Positions 1-10,760 of a stretch of DNA of 64,000 nt are shown here, in pieces (the first letter of the stretch is position 1; each line of letters opens with the position of its first letter). A program made the position numbers and the translations under genes. The stretch spans positions 896,001 to 960,000 of the forward strand of contig CAXXLL010000002.1 of assembly GCA_963662545.2 (NCBI GenBank), given 5' to 3'. The notes beneath the pieces are model-generated. The model saw only the letters and a program-made list of their open reading frames with translations. It was not told where the DNA came from and ran no database searches. This DNA is from Gammaproteobacteria bacterium. Its GTDB lineage: Bacteria > Pseudomonadota > Gammaproteobacteria > Ga0077536.

Positions 1-1287
1 CTACCGCTCGCTGCCAGCAGTTACATGAATCACCCAGTTCACCAACTGGATGAAAGCGCAGGAAGGCATCCAGCCGCGGAGTTAATTCGTCCTTTCGTCC
101 CGCCCGCGTATCAGAACTTCATGTTTTACGAGGGCATGGAAGTCAGTATTAAGGATGCCGGCGATTTGACACCCCATGAGATGTACGACGCGGCGACGGA
201 GAAATTCAAGGGCCAGGCGTCGATCGATGCGGATGGCGGTGTCGTGAATTACACGGCGGGCCGGCCTTTTGACCGCACGCAGTGGAAGGTGGGCAATACC
301 GAAGATGCCTACGAGTTGGCGTGGAACTTCCAGTACCGATGGCAATTCGAGGGTGCCGAGGTCGGCGAAAACGAATGGGTTTGGGTCGTGCCCGGAGAGA
401 GCCACGCGGGCCACGAAATCATGAAGGGCGCTAAGGCCCAGTACTACCTGGGCAAAGGCAAGTTCGAGCGTGTTCTTACCGGGAAGTACAAGCGCGTGCT
501 GATGACCCACCGCGTGGATCTAGCCGATCAGGATTACAAGCTCCCAGGCCGCTGGGCGACGGGCGCGGAATACCGCGATTACCAGGGCTTCACTGCGCCG
601 TTCGACATCACGGGTACCTCCTTTCTGATCCAGCGCTATAACGACCCGCACAGAGCCGACGATTCCTGGGCCTACATCCCGAGTCTCAGGCGGGTGCGCC
701 GTATTTCGGTCGAGGTCAAGGCCGACAGTCTGCTCGGCACCGATCTCACGCTCGAAGATTTCTATTGCTTCCACGGGCGCATTCTCGAGCACGAATGGGA
801 GTACATGGGTACGGCCAAGTTGCTCGCCGTAGCGCGGTCACGCTACCGCGAATCGGTTTTTGGCGGTGACATGGGCATCGTACCGATCGACGACTGGGCG
901 CTGCGTACGATGGACGTCGTGAAGGTGACACCGAAATGGGCTGGCCATCCGTATTCAGCCAAGGTGATGATGCTGGATTTGGACACCAATCAGTGCTATT
1001 ACGCCGAAGCCTACGACAAGGGCGGTGTAACCTGGAAAGTACTGCAGGCCAGCAAAATCTGGACGGAGGACGATCACTTCCACGAAGGTTCCAACCTCGA
1101 TCCCACCCTCAAGATTCCTGATACGCCGCGCGGCATACGCGTCAGCGGGTTTCAGAGCATTCAGGCGATCGATCTGCAGAACAACCGCGGCACCATCATT
1201 CCGGTCCGCGGCGTTACGTATCCGGTCAACAAGTACAGCGATATCAAGCGCCGGCTCGATGTCAATTATCTGACCGAGGGCCGTTAA
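1..1287 (+). CDS. DUF1329 family periplasmic/lipoprotein-sorting-like protein (5' end probably outside window)
   Basis: Motifs 'DDSWAYIPSLRRVRRIS' and 'HPYSAKVMMLD...AEAYDKGG' typical of DUF1329; frame is open from base 1 (LPLAASSY-MNH...). Confidence 0.8.
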   Translation, partial: LPLAASSYMNHPVHQLDESAGRHPAAELIRPFVPPAYQNFMFYEGMEVSIKDAGDLTPHEMYDAATEKFKGQASIDADGGVVNYTAGRPFDRTQWKVGNTEDAYELAWNFQYRWQFEGAEVGENEWVWVVPGESHAGHEIMKGAKAQYYLGKGKFERVLTGKYKRVLMTHRVDLADQDYKLPGRWATGAEYRDYQGFTAPFDITGTSFLIQRYNDPHRADDSWAYIPSLRRVRRISVEVKADSLLGTDLTLEDFYCFHGRILEHEWEYMGTAKLLAVARSRYRESVFGGDMGIVPIDDWALRTMDVVKVTPKWAGHPYSAKVMMLDLDTNQCYYAEAYDKGGVTWKVLQASKIWTEDDHFHEGSNLDPTLKIPDTPRGIRVSGFQSIQAIDLQNNRGTIIPVRGVTYPVNKYSDIKRRLDVNYLTEGR

Positions 1288-1322
1288 GACGAAACTCGCA
1301 GGAGCGATATCTGATCCGAATG

Positions 1323-1349
1323 AAAGGGCCGCGTTGCGGCCCTTTTTTT
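1323..1349. terminator. Intrinsic terminator between convergent genes (possibly bidirectional)
   Basis: AAAGGGCCGC-GTT-GCGGCCCTTTTTTT hairpin plus U tract. Confidence 0.85.
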
Positions 1350-1353
1350 GGCG

Positions 1354-3819
1354 TCACGAATCATCGAGCGCCCGTGCGAGCTTCGGAATATCGACCGCTT
1401 GGCCGACGATCAAATCCTCACGCGCGAGGAACGACGGCCTGATGAACCAGACCAGCATAGGTAGCACCACCAGGGACAAAACCATGTTGATCAGCATGAC
1501 CGCCACCAAGAGCAGGCCCATGTCCGCCATGAACTTGAGATCCGACAGAAAATGCCAAGGCAGGATGCCGATCAGCATGATAGTGGCGGTGAACATGATG
1601 GCCTTTCCGGTTGTCGTGAGCGCTGCGTAGATCGCACGCTTGATGTCGTGCTCCTGCACCGTATATTCCTCGCAGATTCGCGATAACAAGTAGATTCCGT
1701 AGTCGATTCCGACGCCGACACCGATCACGGCGACGATGCCCGCATTGATATCCAGTCCGATACCCAGGAGGTAGATGCATGCGCCGAGAAGAAGATTGGA
1801 AAGATTGACCGGTATCAGCAGGATGAACGCGGCGACGAAGGAGCGGTAGGCAAAGGCGGAAATGATCAAGACAGCCCCGTTGACCATGCCCATGATCACC
1901 CAGTGATACCGTTCAACGACGTCGTTAATGGCCTGCTGCAGCGCGATGACCCCGGTCCCCAGTCGCACCGTGAACTCCGGATGATCGAGGCCAACCGTAT
2001 CGACGGCGCGTTTCGCCGCGGCCAGAGCGGCGTCTACCGTTTCCTGCTTGTTGTCTTTGAACCAGAGCGATACCGTTGAATCCTGAAACTCGAAATCGGC
2101 GACGTGTCCGAAATTGATCGCGTTGCTACCGAGCAGCACCGCGAAACCCGCGGCGCTAATCGCCTCCGGCGTCAAGTCCAAGGGCAGCCACTTGGGATTA
2201 CCGCCGGAAAACAGTCGGTTGATCTCCCGCATGTAGTCCGAGTAGGTCAAGGTGGCTCGGGGCGGAAGATCGGGGTCGGATTCCATCAAACGCTGCAGTT
2301 CCGTTGCCGTTTTGACGACACCGGGCGTGTTCGTCACGCGGTGATCGATGTCGCGTTCCTTCGCCTCGAGTACGATCTCGAGCGTGTTAGTCCCCGGAAA
2401 ATGCGCGTTGATAGCGCGGACCGCCGTATTGAATTCCGAATCGTGCCAGAGGAGATTACTGCCCTCCACGGGGTTGCCAATCTTGATCTGCGTATTGAGA
2501 TAAATCGCAATAACGCCGACGATCGCCACGACCACGGCGGTCGTGTTGGCGGGTTTGCCGAAGGTTATCCGCGATATGCGGTTCAATAGTTTTTCCTGTA
2601 GCAGGTGAATTCCCGATTCTTTTCCCTTGCCGCCCACGATCTGATCAATGTTTTTCGGCACCGGGAGATAAGAAAGCAAAATCGAGCACAGAAACACTCC
2701 CGTTGGAATGATCCACAGCGCCCAGAACCCACAGAAAATGGCATGGTTCTCCATCGTCTTGATGGGCGCAATCGCGATGAACACGATACCGCAGACATCG
2801 GTCAGAATGCCTAGGATCGAAGGGGCCATCATGATGCCCATGGTGACTTCCGCGGCCTTGACCCGATCGTTGAGATGCATCAGTACTTCGTAGTATCGCT
2901 CGGTGTATTGAACGCAGTGTGAGAACGACCGCGCGACGAGTAACAAGGGGACGATCATCAGCAGGGGTTCGATCGGCCGTCCGACCCAACCGATGAATCC
3001 AAAGCCCCAGATCCCGGCGACGAGAGCACAAGTGATAGGCGTTACTACACCGGCCAGATTGCGCATGTAGAACACCAGCGCGATCACCAGTGCTGAGACA
3101 GTTATCGCGAAAATTTTGTAAGTCTGTTTCTGCAACTTGTAGACCCATCCGGTAAGAACCGGTTGGCCCGCGAGATAGACGTCGTGCTTGTCGTCGCGGG
3201 CTTGCTCTACGAGATTCTGCGCAAAGGCATAGGCCTCGCCGTAATCGATGGAGTCGAGAAAGGCCGCGTTGACCAGGGTCGCCGTTTCGTCGTGGGAGAC
3301 GAAAAAAGTCCTGGCATTGGGTGATTTAACGACACGCCGGCGAAATTCCTCGACCTCCTCAGGGGTGCGGGGCGGTTGATTGTCCATCAAAGGGCGGGCA
3401 TCGATACCGAACGGAGTGGCTTGCGCATAGCGCATCTTCTCGGTAGAAATCGAAATGATTTGGTCGTGGTCTACGCCCGGCGCCAGGTCGATGTCGCGGG
3501 TCATCTGCCAGACTTTTTGTAGTGTCTCAGGATGGTAAATGTCGCCATCCTTGCGCTTGATCATGATCGCTATGGTCAACGGGTTACCGAAATTTCGATG
3601 GTCGAAATAAACGTGTACAAACGGATCGTCCTGAGGCAGGAGATGATTGAACACGGTGCGTATGTCGACTTTCGGAAAGCCGCCCATGAACCCCAGAGTG
3701 ACGATAATGAAAACAATGCCCACCCGCCCGCGGCGGGCCATGATCCAGTGTGCAATACGAAATCTCATTCGGCGAACTTTATTGTGATTTTGCGTTATTC
3801 GATCGAAATGCCGTTTCAA
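1354..3819 (-). CDS. RND/MMPL family transporter (type associated with DUF1302/DUF1329)
   Basis: ~820 aa, two TM bundles with large periplasmic loops, 'GVGVGIDYGIYLLSRICEEY', 'TTGKAIMFTA'; start uncertain (3819 or ~3768). Confidence 0.9.
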   Translation of the reverse strand: MKRHFDRITQNHNKVRRMRFRIAHWIMARRGRVGIVFIIVTLGFMGGFPKVDIRTVFNHLLPQDDPFVHVYFDHRNFGNPLTIAIMIKRKDGDIYHPETLQKVWQMTRDIDLAPGVDHDQIISISTEKMRYAQATPFGIDARPLMDNQPPRTPEEVEEFRRRVVKSPNARTFFVSHDETATLVNAAFLDSIDYGEAYAFAQNLVEQARDDKHDVYLAGQPVLTGWVYKLQKQTYKIFAITVSALVIALVFYMRNLAGVVTPITCALVAGIWGFGFIGWVGRPIEPLLMIVPLLLVARSFSHCVQYTERYYEVLMHLNDRVKAAEVTMGIMMAPSILGILTDVCGIVFIAIAPIKTMENHAIFCGFWALWIIPTGVFLCSILLSYLPVPKNIDQIVGGKGKESGIHLLQEKLLNRISRITFGKPANTTAVVVAIVGVIAIYLNTQIKIGNPVEGSNLLWHDSEFNTAVRAINAHFPGTNTLEIVLEAKERDIDHRVTNTPGVVKTATELQRLMESDPDLPPRATLTYSDYMREINRLFSGGNPKWLPLDLTPEAISAAGFAVLLGSNAINFGHVADFEFQDSTVSLWFKDNKQETVDAALAAAKRAVDTVGLDHPEFTVRLGTGVIALQQAINDVVERYHWVIMGMVNGAVLIISAFAYRSFVAAFILLIPVNLSNLLLGACIYLLGIGLDINAGIVAVIGVGVGIDYGIYLLSRICEEYTVQEHDIKRAIYAALTTTGKAIMFTATIMLIGILPWHFLSDLKFMADMGLLLVAVMLINMVLSLVVLPMLVWFIRPSFLAREDLIVGQAVDIPKLARALDDS

Positions 3820-3868
3820 GCTCGTTGCGTTACCGCCTGCAAACTCCCGACGTGAACGTTCCCAAGAC

Positions 3869-4765
3869 GTGCTGGCGCCTGCTGCTGCGGCGCCGTTATT
3901 CGCTCATATAATCTCACGAGAGTTCACCGTGTTTCCGTACCCGGACCAAAGATTTTCTGAAAGAATGTCACACCTAAAAAAGGTACTCCTGGGCACTACT
4001 GGAGCCGTCGCAATTTGTCTCATTATGCTATTGATCGGCGAGGGGGCAAACGCAATCTTGAGCTGGAAGCAATTTGACGGCAGTTTCACGTACAAAACCT
4101 ATCGGATAATCAAAACGGCGCTGCGCGATTCGCCCTCACTCGATAGCGGACCCGCGTACATGCGCCTACTCTCCCGCGAACACTTGGAGCGGCTGATTCC
4201 GAAGTTGATGGCACTTGACGCAGGCCTTGAAAACTCACCGTATCGTGAACTGCAGACGCCCGCATCGGTGGTCAATCAGCGGGACGGCGACTGCCTCGTA
4301 CAGAAGCCGAATCTGCGTAGAACCATGACTTACCTGCGTACGAACATATTCAATCCCCTCGATCCGCCGGCCCTGTTTTATGACAGCGACAGGACGCTGG
4401 ACGAAGAGATCGAGGCGCTCATGCGGGATTATGGCACGCGTAGCGTTTCGTTTACGAGCAACCGCTTTGGAGAGCGCACGACCTTGCCGCATTTAGCGTC
4501 CGAGCGCGTGGTGCTCGTGGCGGACGACTCGGTCGCGAACGGGACGCTGCTCGATGATGCGGAAACGCTCTCGTCTCAAATGCAGGCGCGCTTGCAACAG
4601 CGTGTTCGACAAGCAGGATTCCGCTACCTCGACATCGGCGACGTCGCACTACAGGAGATTGCCAGGCGGGAAACGAAGTTTGCAGTGCTGTCACTGTTCA
4701 TTGATCACGAACATCTATCGCCGTATGGTATCGACCAGGTCGCAGAAGCGCTCAACGACAAATGA
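3869..4765 (+). CDS. Membrane-anchored hypothetical protein with degenerate SGNH/GDSL-like motifs (possible internally deleted pseudogene)
   Basis: N-terminal TM helix; 'VLVADDSVANG' (GDS-like) and 'FIDHEHLSPYG' (DxxH) are unusually close together; likely start 3965. Confidence 0.45.
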   Translation: MLAPAAAAPLFAHIISREFTVFPYPDQRFSERMSHLKKVLLGTTGAVAICLIMLLIGEGANAILSWKQFDGSFTYKTYRIIKTALRDSPSLDSGPAYMRLLSREHLERLIPKLMALDAGLENSPYRELQTPASVVNQRDGDCLVQKPNLRRTMTYLRTNIFNPLDPPALFYDSDRTLDEEIEALMRDYGTRSVSFTSNRFGERTTLPHLASERVVLVADDSVANGTLLDDAETLSSQMQARLQQRVRQAGFRYLDIGDVALQEIARRETKFAVLSLFIDHEHLSPYGIDQVAEALNDK

Positions 4766-4795
4766 CTTGACGGCGCCGGTCCCGGAAGCAGGGAT

Positions 4796-6796
4796 TCAGG
4801 ATATTTCAAAGTACTTGATGGTGTTTTTTTTCGCGTAATCCAAAAAGAAATCGATGGACTCCGGTATCGCCATTGAATCCCGATAGGCGGTTTCCTCGAG
4901 TGACATGCCCATGAGTATTTTTCGGACCGGTACTTCCATTTTTTTTCCCGTGCGCGTGTACGGGATCGATTCGACTTCGCAAATTTCGTCTGGAACATGA
5001 CGCGGAGAATAAGATTTCAACACGGTCCGTAGCTTGTCCTTCAGTGCCTCGTTGAGGTCGAACCCCTCTTTAATCGTGACGAACAGAGGCATGAAGAAGG
5101 CGCCGCCCGGCAGGTCGAGATTGACGATGATACTGTCGGCGATTTCTTCCAGTGCTTCTATGGTCCGGTAAATTTCAGCCGTTCCCATGCGTACGCCGTG
5201 GCGGTTCAGCGTTGCGTCTGATCGTCCTCGCACATAACAGCCGCCCCTGGAATTCATGACGAAATAGTCGCCGTGCCTCCAGACGCCCGGATACATGTCG
5301 AAATAGGTTTCCCTATACCGCTTGTCGTCTTTATCGTTCCAGAAGTACAGGGGCATGGACGGTAATGGTTGAGTGACGACAAATTCACCTACTTCGTCGA
5401 ATATCTCATTGCCTTCGTCGTCGAAGGCATGCACGTCGGCGCCGAGAAATCTCGTCTGTATTTCTCCCGCCCGGACCGGCAGCAGCGGGCAGCCACCGAC
5501 AAAACTCGAGGATATGTCCGTCCCCCCGCTGGCCGAAGTGATCCAGATATCGTCTTTGACCTTGTCGTAAAACCAGGCGAAATGATCCGGCGAAGCTGGC
5601 GACCCGGTGCAGAATATTCCTTCCAGGGCGCTCATATCGTAGCGCTCCCCGGGGACGATCCCTTGGTCCATCATCAGTGACACGAAGGCAGGACTGGCGC
5701 CGAAAAACGTCGTCCCGGTTTCGGCTGCCATCCGCCACAGCACATCCGCATCGGGATAGACGGGATTCCCGTCATAAAGGACGACGGCACTCCCGGTCAG
5801 CAGGCAACCGGTTAGCACATTCCAGGTAATCCAACCGCTGGTCGTGAACATGAAGGTGACCGAACTCGGCTTTAAATTCATGTGCAACGTGCAGAATTTC
5901 GACAATTCGAGCAGGATGCCCCCGTGTCCGTGGACAAAAGGTTTGGGCAGTCCGGTAGTGCCGGATGAATAGACGATCCAGAGCGGATGATTGAAGCTCA
6001 CGTCTTCGAACACGCCCTCGGGGTCGGGATCTTCACGGTCAAGAACCTGGCCGAAGGAAATCGAATTCGCCGTCGGCTTGAAATCCAACTCGGCGAAAAG
6101 ATAGGACACACCGATGGTGTGCTTTACGGAAGGCAGGGCGCTGATGAGTTCCCGGACTGCATCGCGCCGATCGAAGTCCTTGCCTTGATAGCGGTAACCG
6201 TCGACGGTGAACAACACAACGGGATCGATTTGCTGAAATCGATCGAGGGCGCTCTTGGTGCCGAATTCGGGCGAGCAATTCGACCAGATGGCGCCGATAC
6301 TCGCGGCACCGAGAAACGCGATGACGGTTTCAGGAATGTTCGGCATGAACGACGCGACACGATCGCCGGGCTGCACACCGAATTCGCGCAGCGTGGCCGC
6401 GACTTTCGCAGTCCGGGCGGCGAGTTCCCGCCAGGAGACCTGGCCGAGCGGACGAATTTCCGACAGGGCGCGTAAGGCCATGCCGTCGGGGTCTGTGTCG
6501 GCATGGCGCAGGATGTGCCTGGCGTAATTGACCCGGGCTCCGGGGAACCACGTCGCCCCGGGCATTGCACGGCTTTTCAATACGCATTCATAAGGCGTGG
6601 AAGATTCGATCTCGAAATACTCCCACAGGCATTTCCAGCAACGTTCAATATCGTCGACCGACCACTCCCACAGTGCCTCGTAGTCCGAAAATTCATAGCC
6701 ATGATGCGCTTTCAACCAATTCATGAACGCCCAGACGTTCGTTTCCTGCTTGAAGCGGTCACTTGGTGACCAGAGTATTTCCCCTTCTTTTGCCAT
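4796..6796 (-). CDS. Acetoacetate--CoA ligase
   Basis: 'WFPGARVNYA', 'IVYSSGTTGLPK', 'SASGGTDI', 'GRSDATLNRHGVRMGTAEIY', 'TGKKMEVPVRKIL'; start at MAKEGEILWSPS. Confidence 0.92.
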   Translation of the reverse strand: MAKEGEILWSPSDRFKQETNVWAFMNWLKAHHGYEFSDYEALWEWSVDDIERCWKCLWEYFEIESSTPYECVLKSRAMPGATWFPGARVNYARHILRHADTDPDGMALRALSEIRPLGQVSWRELAARTAKVAATLREFGVQPGDRVASFMPNIPETVIAFLGAASIGAIWSNCSPEFGTKSALDRFQQIDPVVLFTVDGYRYQGKDFDRRDAVRELISALPSVKHTIGVSYLFAELDFKPTANSISFGQVLDREDPDPEGVFEDVSFNHPLWIVYSSGTTGLPKPFVHGHGGILLELSKFCTLHMNLKPSSVTFMFTTSGWITWNVLTGCLLTGSAVVLYDGNPVYPDADVLWRMAAETGTTFFGASPAFVSLMMDQGIVPGERYDMSALEGIFCTGSPASPDHFAWFYDKVKDDIWITSASGGTDISSSFVGGCPLLPVRAGEIQTRFLGADVHAFDDEGNEIFDEVGEFVVTQPLPSMPLYFWNDKDDKRYRETYFDMYPGVWRHGDYFVMNSRGGCYVRGRSDATLNRHGVRMGTAEIYRTIEALEEIADSIIVNLDLPGGAFFMPLFVTIKEGFDLNEALKDKLRTVLKSYSPRHVPDEICEVESIPYTRTGKKMEVPVRKILMGMSLEETAYRDSMAIPESIDFFLDYAKKNTIKYFEIS

Positions 6797-7037
6797 GAGT
6801 TTATTTGCCACCGGGTGAGAAGCAAATTGTATTCTGCCGAGGATAAGGACGATACTATTTCGGCGGGGAAACACTAGAGCGGTTTGTCGCGGTAAACGAT
6901 TGGGCGGTGGCGTCGATCGCAACATCCGCGCAACCCGACTGCGTCGCGCGGGGTATTTTTAGCCCACTTTTTTTTAGTGCAGCGTCGATGTGAACCATGT
7001 TGTCGCGCGGTGATCGATGCCGTATGGAGAAAGGCGA

Positions 7038-8009
7038 TTGAAAATCTGCATCTATGGGGCTGGCGCGATCGGAGGTTATTTGGGCGCACGCCTGGCCTCG
7101 ACGGGTGCCGACGTCTCGCTCATCGCGCGTGGAGACCACCGTCAAGCGATACGTGATCGCGGCCTGCGAATCAGAACCGACGGCGGCGAAATCAACTGTT
7201 CCCTACCGTGCGTGGAAGCGCCCGAGGAGCTTGGCCCGCAGGACTTCGTCATCATGACCTTGAAGGCGCATTCAGTGCCGGCGATCGTCGAGCGCTTGCC
7301 CTGTTTGTTTCACGATACGACGGCGGTGGTTTCAGCCGTCAACGGTGTACCGTGGTGGTATTTCCATCGACTGGCCGGTTCCTACGAAGGACGCCGCGTC
7401 GACGCGGTTGACCCGGGCGGGAAGCAATGGGATTTGATCAGTCCGGCGCGCGCGATTGGATGCGTCGTTTATCCGTCCTGTGAAGTGATCGAACCGGGGC
7501 TGATCAAACACATTGAAGGCGATCGATTTACCCTGGGTGAGCCGTCGGGCGAGAAGACCGAGCGCGTCGAGGTGCTTGCAAAAGCCCTACGCGACGCCGG
7601 CTTGAAAGCCCCTGTCAAAAATCGAATACGCGACGAGCTCTGGATCAAATTATGGGGCAACCTGAGCTTCAATCCGATCAGCGCGCTCACAGGCGCAACG
7701 CTCGACGTCATTTGCCGCACGCCGGGCACGCGCGCCGTGGCACGCGCGATGATGCTCGAAGCGCAGGCCGTTGCGGAACGTCTCGGCGTTCGGTTTCCCA
7801 TCGACGTCGACCAACGTATCGCGGGCGCCGAGGCGGTCGGCAGCCACAAGACTTCGATGCTGCAAGATCTCGAACGCGGCCGACCACTCGAAATCGATGC
7901 GCTAGTTACGGCCGTGGTCGAACTCGGGCGTATGGTCGACCTGCCGACGCCCACGATTGAGACCGTACTCGCCCTGGTGGATCTGCGCGCTCATCGAGGC
8001 GCGTGCTGA
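7038..8009 (+). CDS. 2-dehydropantoate 2-reductase (PanE/ApbA family)
   Basis: 'ICIYGAGAIGG' Rossmann motif, 'KLWGNLSFNPISALT', 'HKTSMLQDLERGRPLEID'; TTG start after GGAGA. Confidence 0.88.
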   Translation: MKICIYGAGAIGGYLGARLASTGADVSLIARGDHRQAIRDRGLRIRTDGGEINCSLPCVEAPEELGPQDFVIMTLKAHSVPAIVERLPCLFHDTTAVVSAVNGVPWWYFHRLAGSYEGRRVDAVDPGGKQWDLISPARAIGCVVYPSCEVIEPGLIKHIEGDRFTLGEPSGEKTERVEVLAKALRDAGLKAPVKNRIRDELWIKLWGNLSFNPISALTGATLDVICRTPGTRAVARAMMLEAQAVAERLGVRFPIDVDQRIAGAEAVGSHKTSMLQDLERGRPLEIDALVTAVVELGRMVDLPTPTIETVLALVDLRAHRGAC

Positions 8010-8041
8010 CCGCGCCGCATCATCCTTATTGGTAAACACTG

Positions 8042-9268
8042 ATGGACACCATTCTTCGAAACGCACGCACCGACGACGAGCAGTTTGACGAGCTGATCGA
8101 TATCGGGATTAACGAAGGCAGGATCGCGGCGATCGAACCCAATTTGAGCGCGGCAGGGCAGGAATTCGATCTCGGTGGCCGGCTGGTGAGTAGCGGCTTC
8201 ATTGAATCGCATATTCATCTCGACAAATCGCGCATTCTCGGTCGCTGCAAATCCGAGAGAGGCGATCTGGAGGAAGCCATCGAGGAGGTGGCTAAGGCAA
8301 AAAAGGAGTTCACGCCGGAGGACGTCTACGATCGAGGAAGACAAACGCTCGAGGCGTGCATACTCAACGGCACCACACACATGCGAACCCAGCTCGAAGT
8401 CGATCCGGTCGTCGGCTTGCGCGGCCTGGAGGGCATAAGACCGCTGATCGACGAATATAAATGGGCTATCGATATCGAGATCTGTGTCTTTCCGCAGGAA
8501 GGTCTGCTGAACAACCCGGGCACCGACGAATTGTTGGTCGCGGCGCTCGAAAATGGCTGCAAGGTAATAGGTGCGGCGCCTTACACGGATTCAGATCCGC
8601 ATGGACAGATCGATCGGATATTCGAATTGGCGCGCCAATTCGACGTCGATATCGACATGCACCTCGACTTCGGGCCGGATCCGTCGGCGCTGGACCTCGA
8701 ATACGTGTGTAAATTGACCGACGAATTCGATTACGGTAGCCGGGTCGCGATCGGCCATGTGACGAAGCTTTCGGCTGTTCCTCCGATTCGTCTGCGCGAA
8801 ATTGCAAAACGCATGGCGGACTCCGGCGTCGCGCTGACCGTGCTGCCTTCCACCGATCTATTCCTCATGGGGCGGCACCAGGATCACGGCGTGATGCGCG
8901 GTGTTACCCCGGCCCATCATCTCCTGAAAGAGGGTGTGAATTGCTCCCTGTCGACGAATAACGTGTTGAACCCCTTCACGCCATTCGGTGATTGTTCGTT
9001 GCTTCGCATGGCCAACCTCTATGCCAATATTTGTCATGTAGGCACGCGTGAAGAAGTCATCGAATGTTTCCGGATGATCACGACCCGCTCTGCGGCATTA
9101 ATGCGGCTCGAAGATTATGGCATCGCCGAGGGTAAAGCTGCGGATCTGGTCGTTCTCGACTGCGAGAATCGCGCATCAGCCGTTGCCGAGCTGGTGCAGC
9201 CATTGTGGGGGTTCAAACGCGGCCGTCTCACATTTACGCGGGAAGCAGCGACCCTGCACCGGCCGTAA
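8042..9268 (+). CDS. Cytosine/creatinine deaminase-like metal-dependent amidohydrolase
   Basis: 'ESHIHLDKS', 'FPQEGLL', 'IDMHLDF', 'TNNVLNPFTPFG', 'ADLVVLD'. Confidence 0.88.
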   Translation: MDTILRNARTDDEQFDELIDIGINEGRIAAIEPNLSAAGQEFDLGGRLVSSGFIESHIHLDKSRILGRCKSERGDLEEAIEEVAKAKKEFTPEDVYDRGRQTLEACILNGTTHMRTQLEVDPVVGLRGLEGIRPLIDEYKWAIDIEICVFPQEGLLNNPGTDELLVAALENGCKVIGAAPYTDSDPHGQIDRIFELARQFDVDIDMHLDFGPDPSALDLEYVCKLTDEFDYGSRVAIGHVTKLSAVPPIRLREIAKRMADSGVALTVLPSTDLFLMGRHQDHGVMRGVTPAHHLLKEGVNCSLSTNNVLNPFTPFGDCSLLRMANLYANICHVGTREEVIECFRMITTRSAALMRLEDYGIAEGKAADLVVLDCENRASAVAELVQPLWGFKRGRLTFTREAATLHRP

Positions 9269-9297
9269 GCTGCACCGATTCTCCGCAACTTGAAAGC

Positions 9298-10503
9298 ATG
9301 ATTTCGAATGCCCGCAATATTCCGAACGATCCCTGCGGCGCTTTCTGTCGTGACAATCACGTTGCTCTCGGTCACACGGGTACGGGCGTGCTGGATGGTC
9401 TTACTTTTGCAGTCAAGGATGTTTTTCACATCGCGGGACACGCCACCGGTTTCGGCAATCCGGACTGGCTTGAAACCCACCCGCCCGAAGCGGTCACGGC
9501 GAGTACAATCAGTGCATTGTTGAGTGCTGGCGCGGATATGGTTGGTAGGACCTTGAGCGACGAATTGACCTACAGCCTGTCCGGCGAGAACTACCATTAT
9601 GGAACGCCGCTCAACACCTTTGCGCCCGACCGGATCCCCGGCGGATCTTCGAGCGGTTCGGCTGCGGCCGTCGCCGGCGGCCTGGTGGACTTCGCTCTCG
9701 GCACGGACTGCGGCGGCTCAGTGCGCCTGCCGGCGAGTTATTGCGGCATCTTAGGCTTCCGACCGACCCATGGACGGGTCGCCGTGGACGGCGTGATCCC
9801 ATTCGCGCCCTCGTTCGACGTAGTGGGGTGGTTTGCGCGGGACGCGGATAGTTTCGAACGCGTTGGCAGTGTCCTCTTCGACGAACCTCCTGTTGCGGCA
9901 ATCCCGCGACGGCTGTTTCTAGTCCAGGACGCTTTCGACGTGTTGCAACCCGGCGTACGCGATGCGCTCGAGCCATCTATTGACCGCCTCGCGGGGCTGA
10001 TCGGCGACAGGCAGGGTCGGACAATCACTGAGAAGGGGCTCGAAGCCTGGTTCGAAGTCTTCCGCGTCGTTCAGGGATCTGAGATCTGGTCCAATCGCAA
10101 GGCGTGGATCGAGGCAGTCAAGCCCACTATCGGTCCCGGGATTCGTGAGCGCCTGGAATGGGCTTCTTCGATCGACACTACTGCCGCTGCCGCCGCACGC
10201 GAAACCTTCGCCGGGATTCGGGATAGGCTCCGACAGCTGCTCGAACCGGGCGACCTTTTATGTCTGCCGACATCCCCGCGGGTCGCGCCGCGCAAAGGCG
10301 AGCCGCTCGACAAGCTCGAGGTCGAATACCGGGCTCAGGCTATGTGCCTGTTGTGTATCGCCGGGCTCGGCGGCCTGCCCCAGGTAAGCCTGCCCCTGGC
10401 CGAGCACGAGGGCCTGCCTATGGGCGTCTCAATCGTCGGGCCGCCCGGCGCGGACATGCAGCTTCTGGCCCTCGTGAAGACACTGCTTGATGGCAAGGCA
10501 TAG
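9298..10503 (+). CDS. Amidase signature family protein
   Basis: 'FAVKD', 'PGGSSSGSAAAVA', 'LGTDCGGSVRLPASYCG' (Ser-cisSer-Lys triad). Confidence 0.92.
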   Translation: MISNARNIPNDPCGAFCRDNHVALGHTGTGVLDGLTFAVKDVFHIAGHATGFGNPDWLETHPPEAVTASTISALLSAGADMVGRTLSDELTYSLSGENYHYGTPLNTFAPDRIPGGSSSGSAAAVAGGLVDFALGTDCGGSVRLPASYCGILGFRPTHGRVAVDGVIPFAPSFDVVGWFARDADSFERVGSVLFDEPPVAAIPRRLFLVQDAFDVLQPGVRDALEPSIDRLAGLIGDRQGRTITEKGLEAWFEVFRVVQGSEIWSNRKAWIEAVKPTIGPGIRERLEWASSIDTTAAAAARETFAGIRDRLRQLLEPGDLLCLPTSPRVAPRKGEPLDKLEVEYRAQAMCLLCIAGLGGLPQVSLPLAEHEGLPMGVSIVGPPGADMQLLALVKTLLDGKA

Positions 10504-10760
10504 GGGTCGATTTCGGGCGCCCCGAGCGCGTTCGGCAAGCGCGCGTCGCCTTTTAGGTGGACACGAATTTCATTTATAGTTGCACACAAACCAAGGTCTG
10601 AAGGCGTCGTCGGTTTGAAGCTAGAGCGGTTACCCATGTGCGACTTGAGTCGTAAAGCCCGGGTCAGTTGAATAAGACGAGAAGAACAGAGTTCGACGAA
10701 CGATAGAAAACGTAAAGGCATCATCACCCACTGGCGATTAGATTCATTCGGAGCCGTTCC

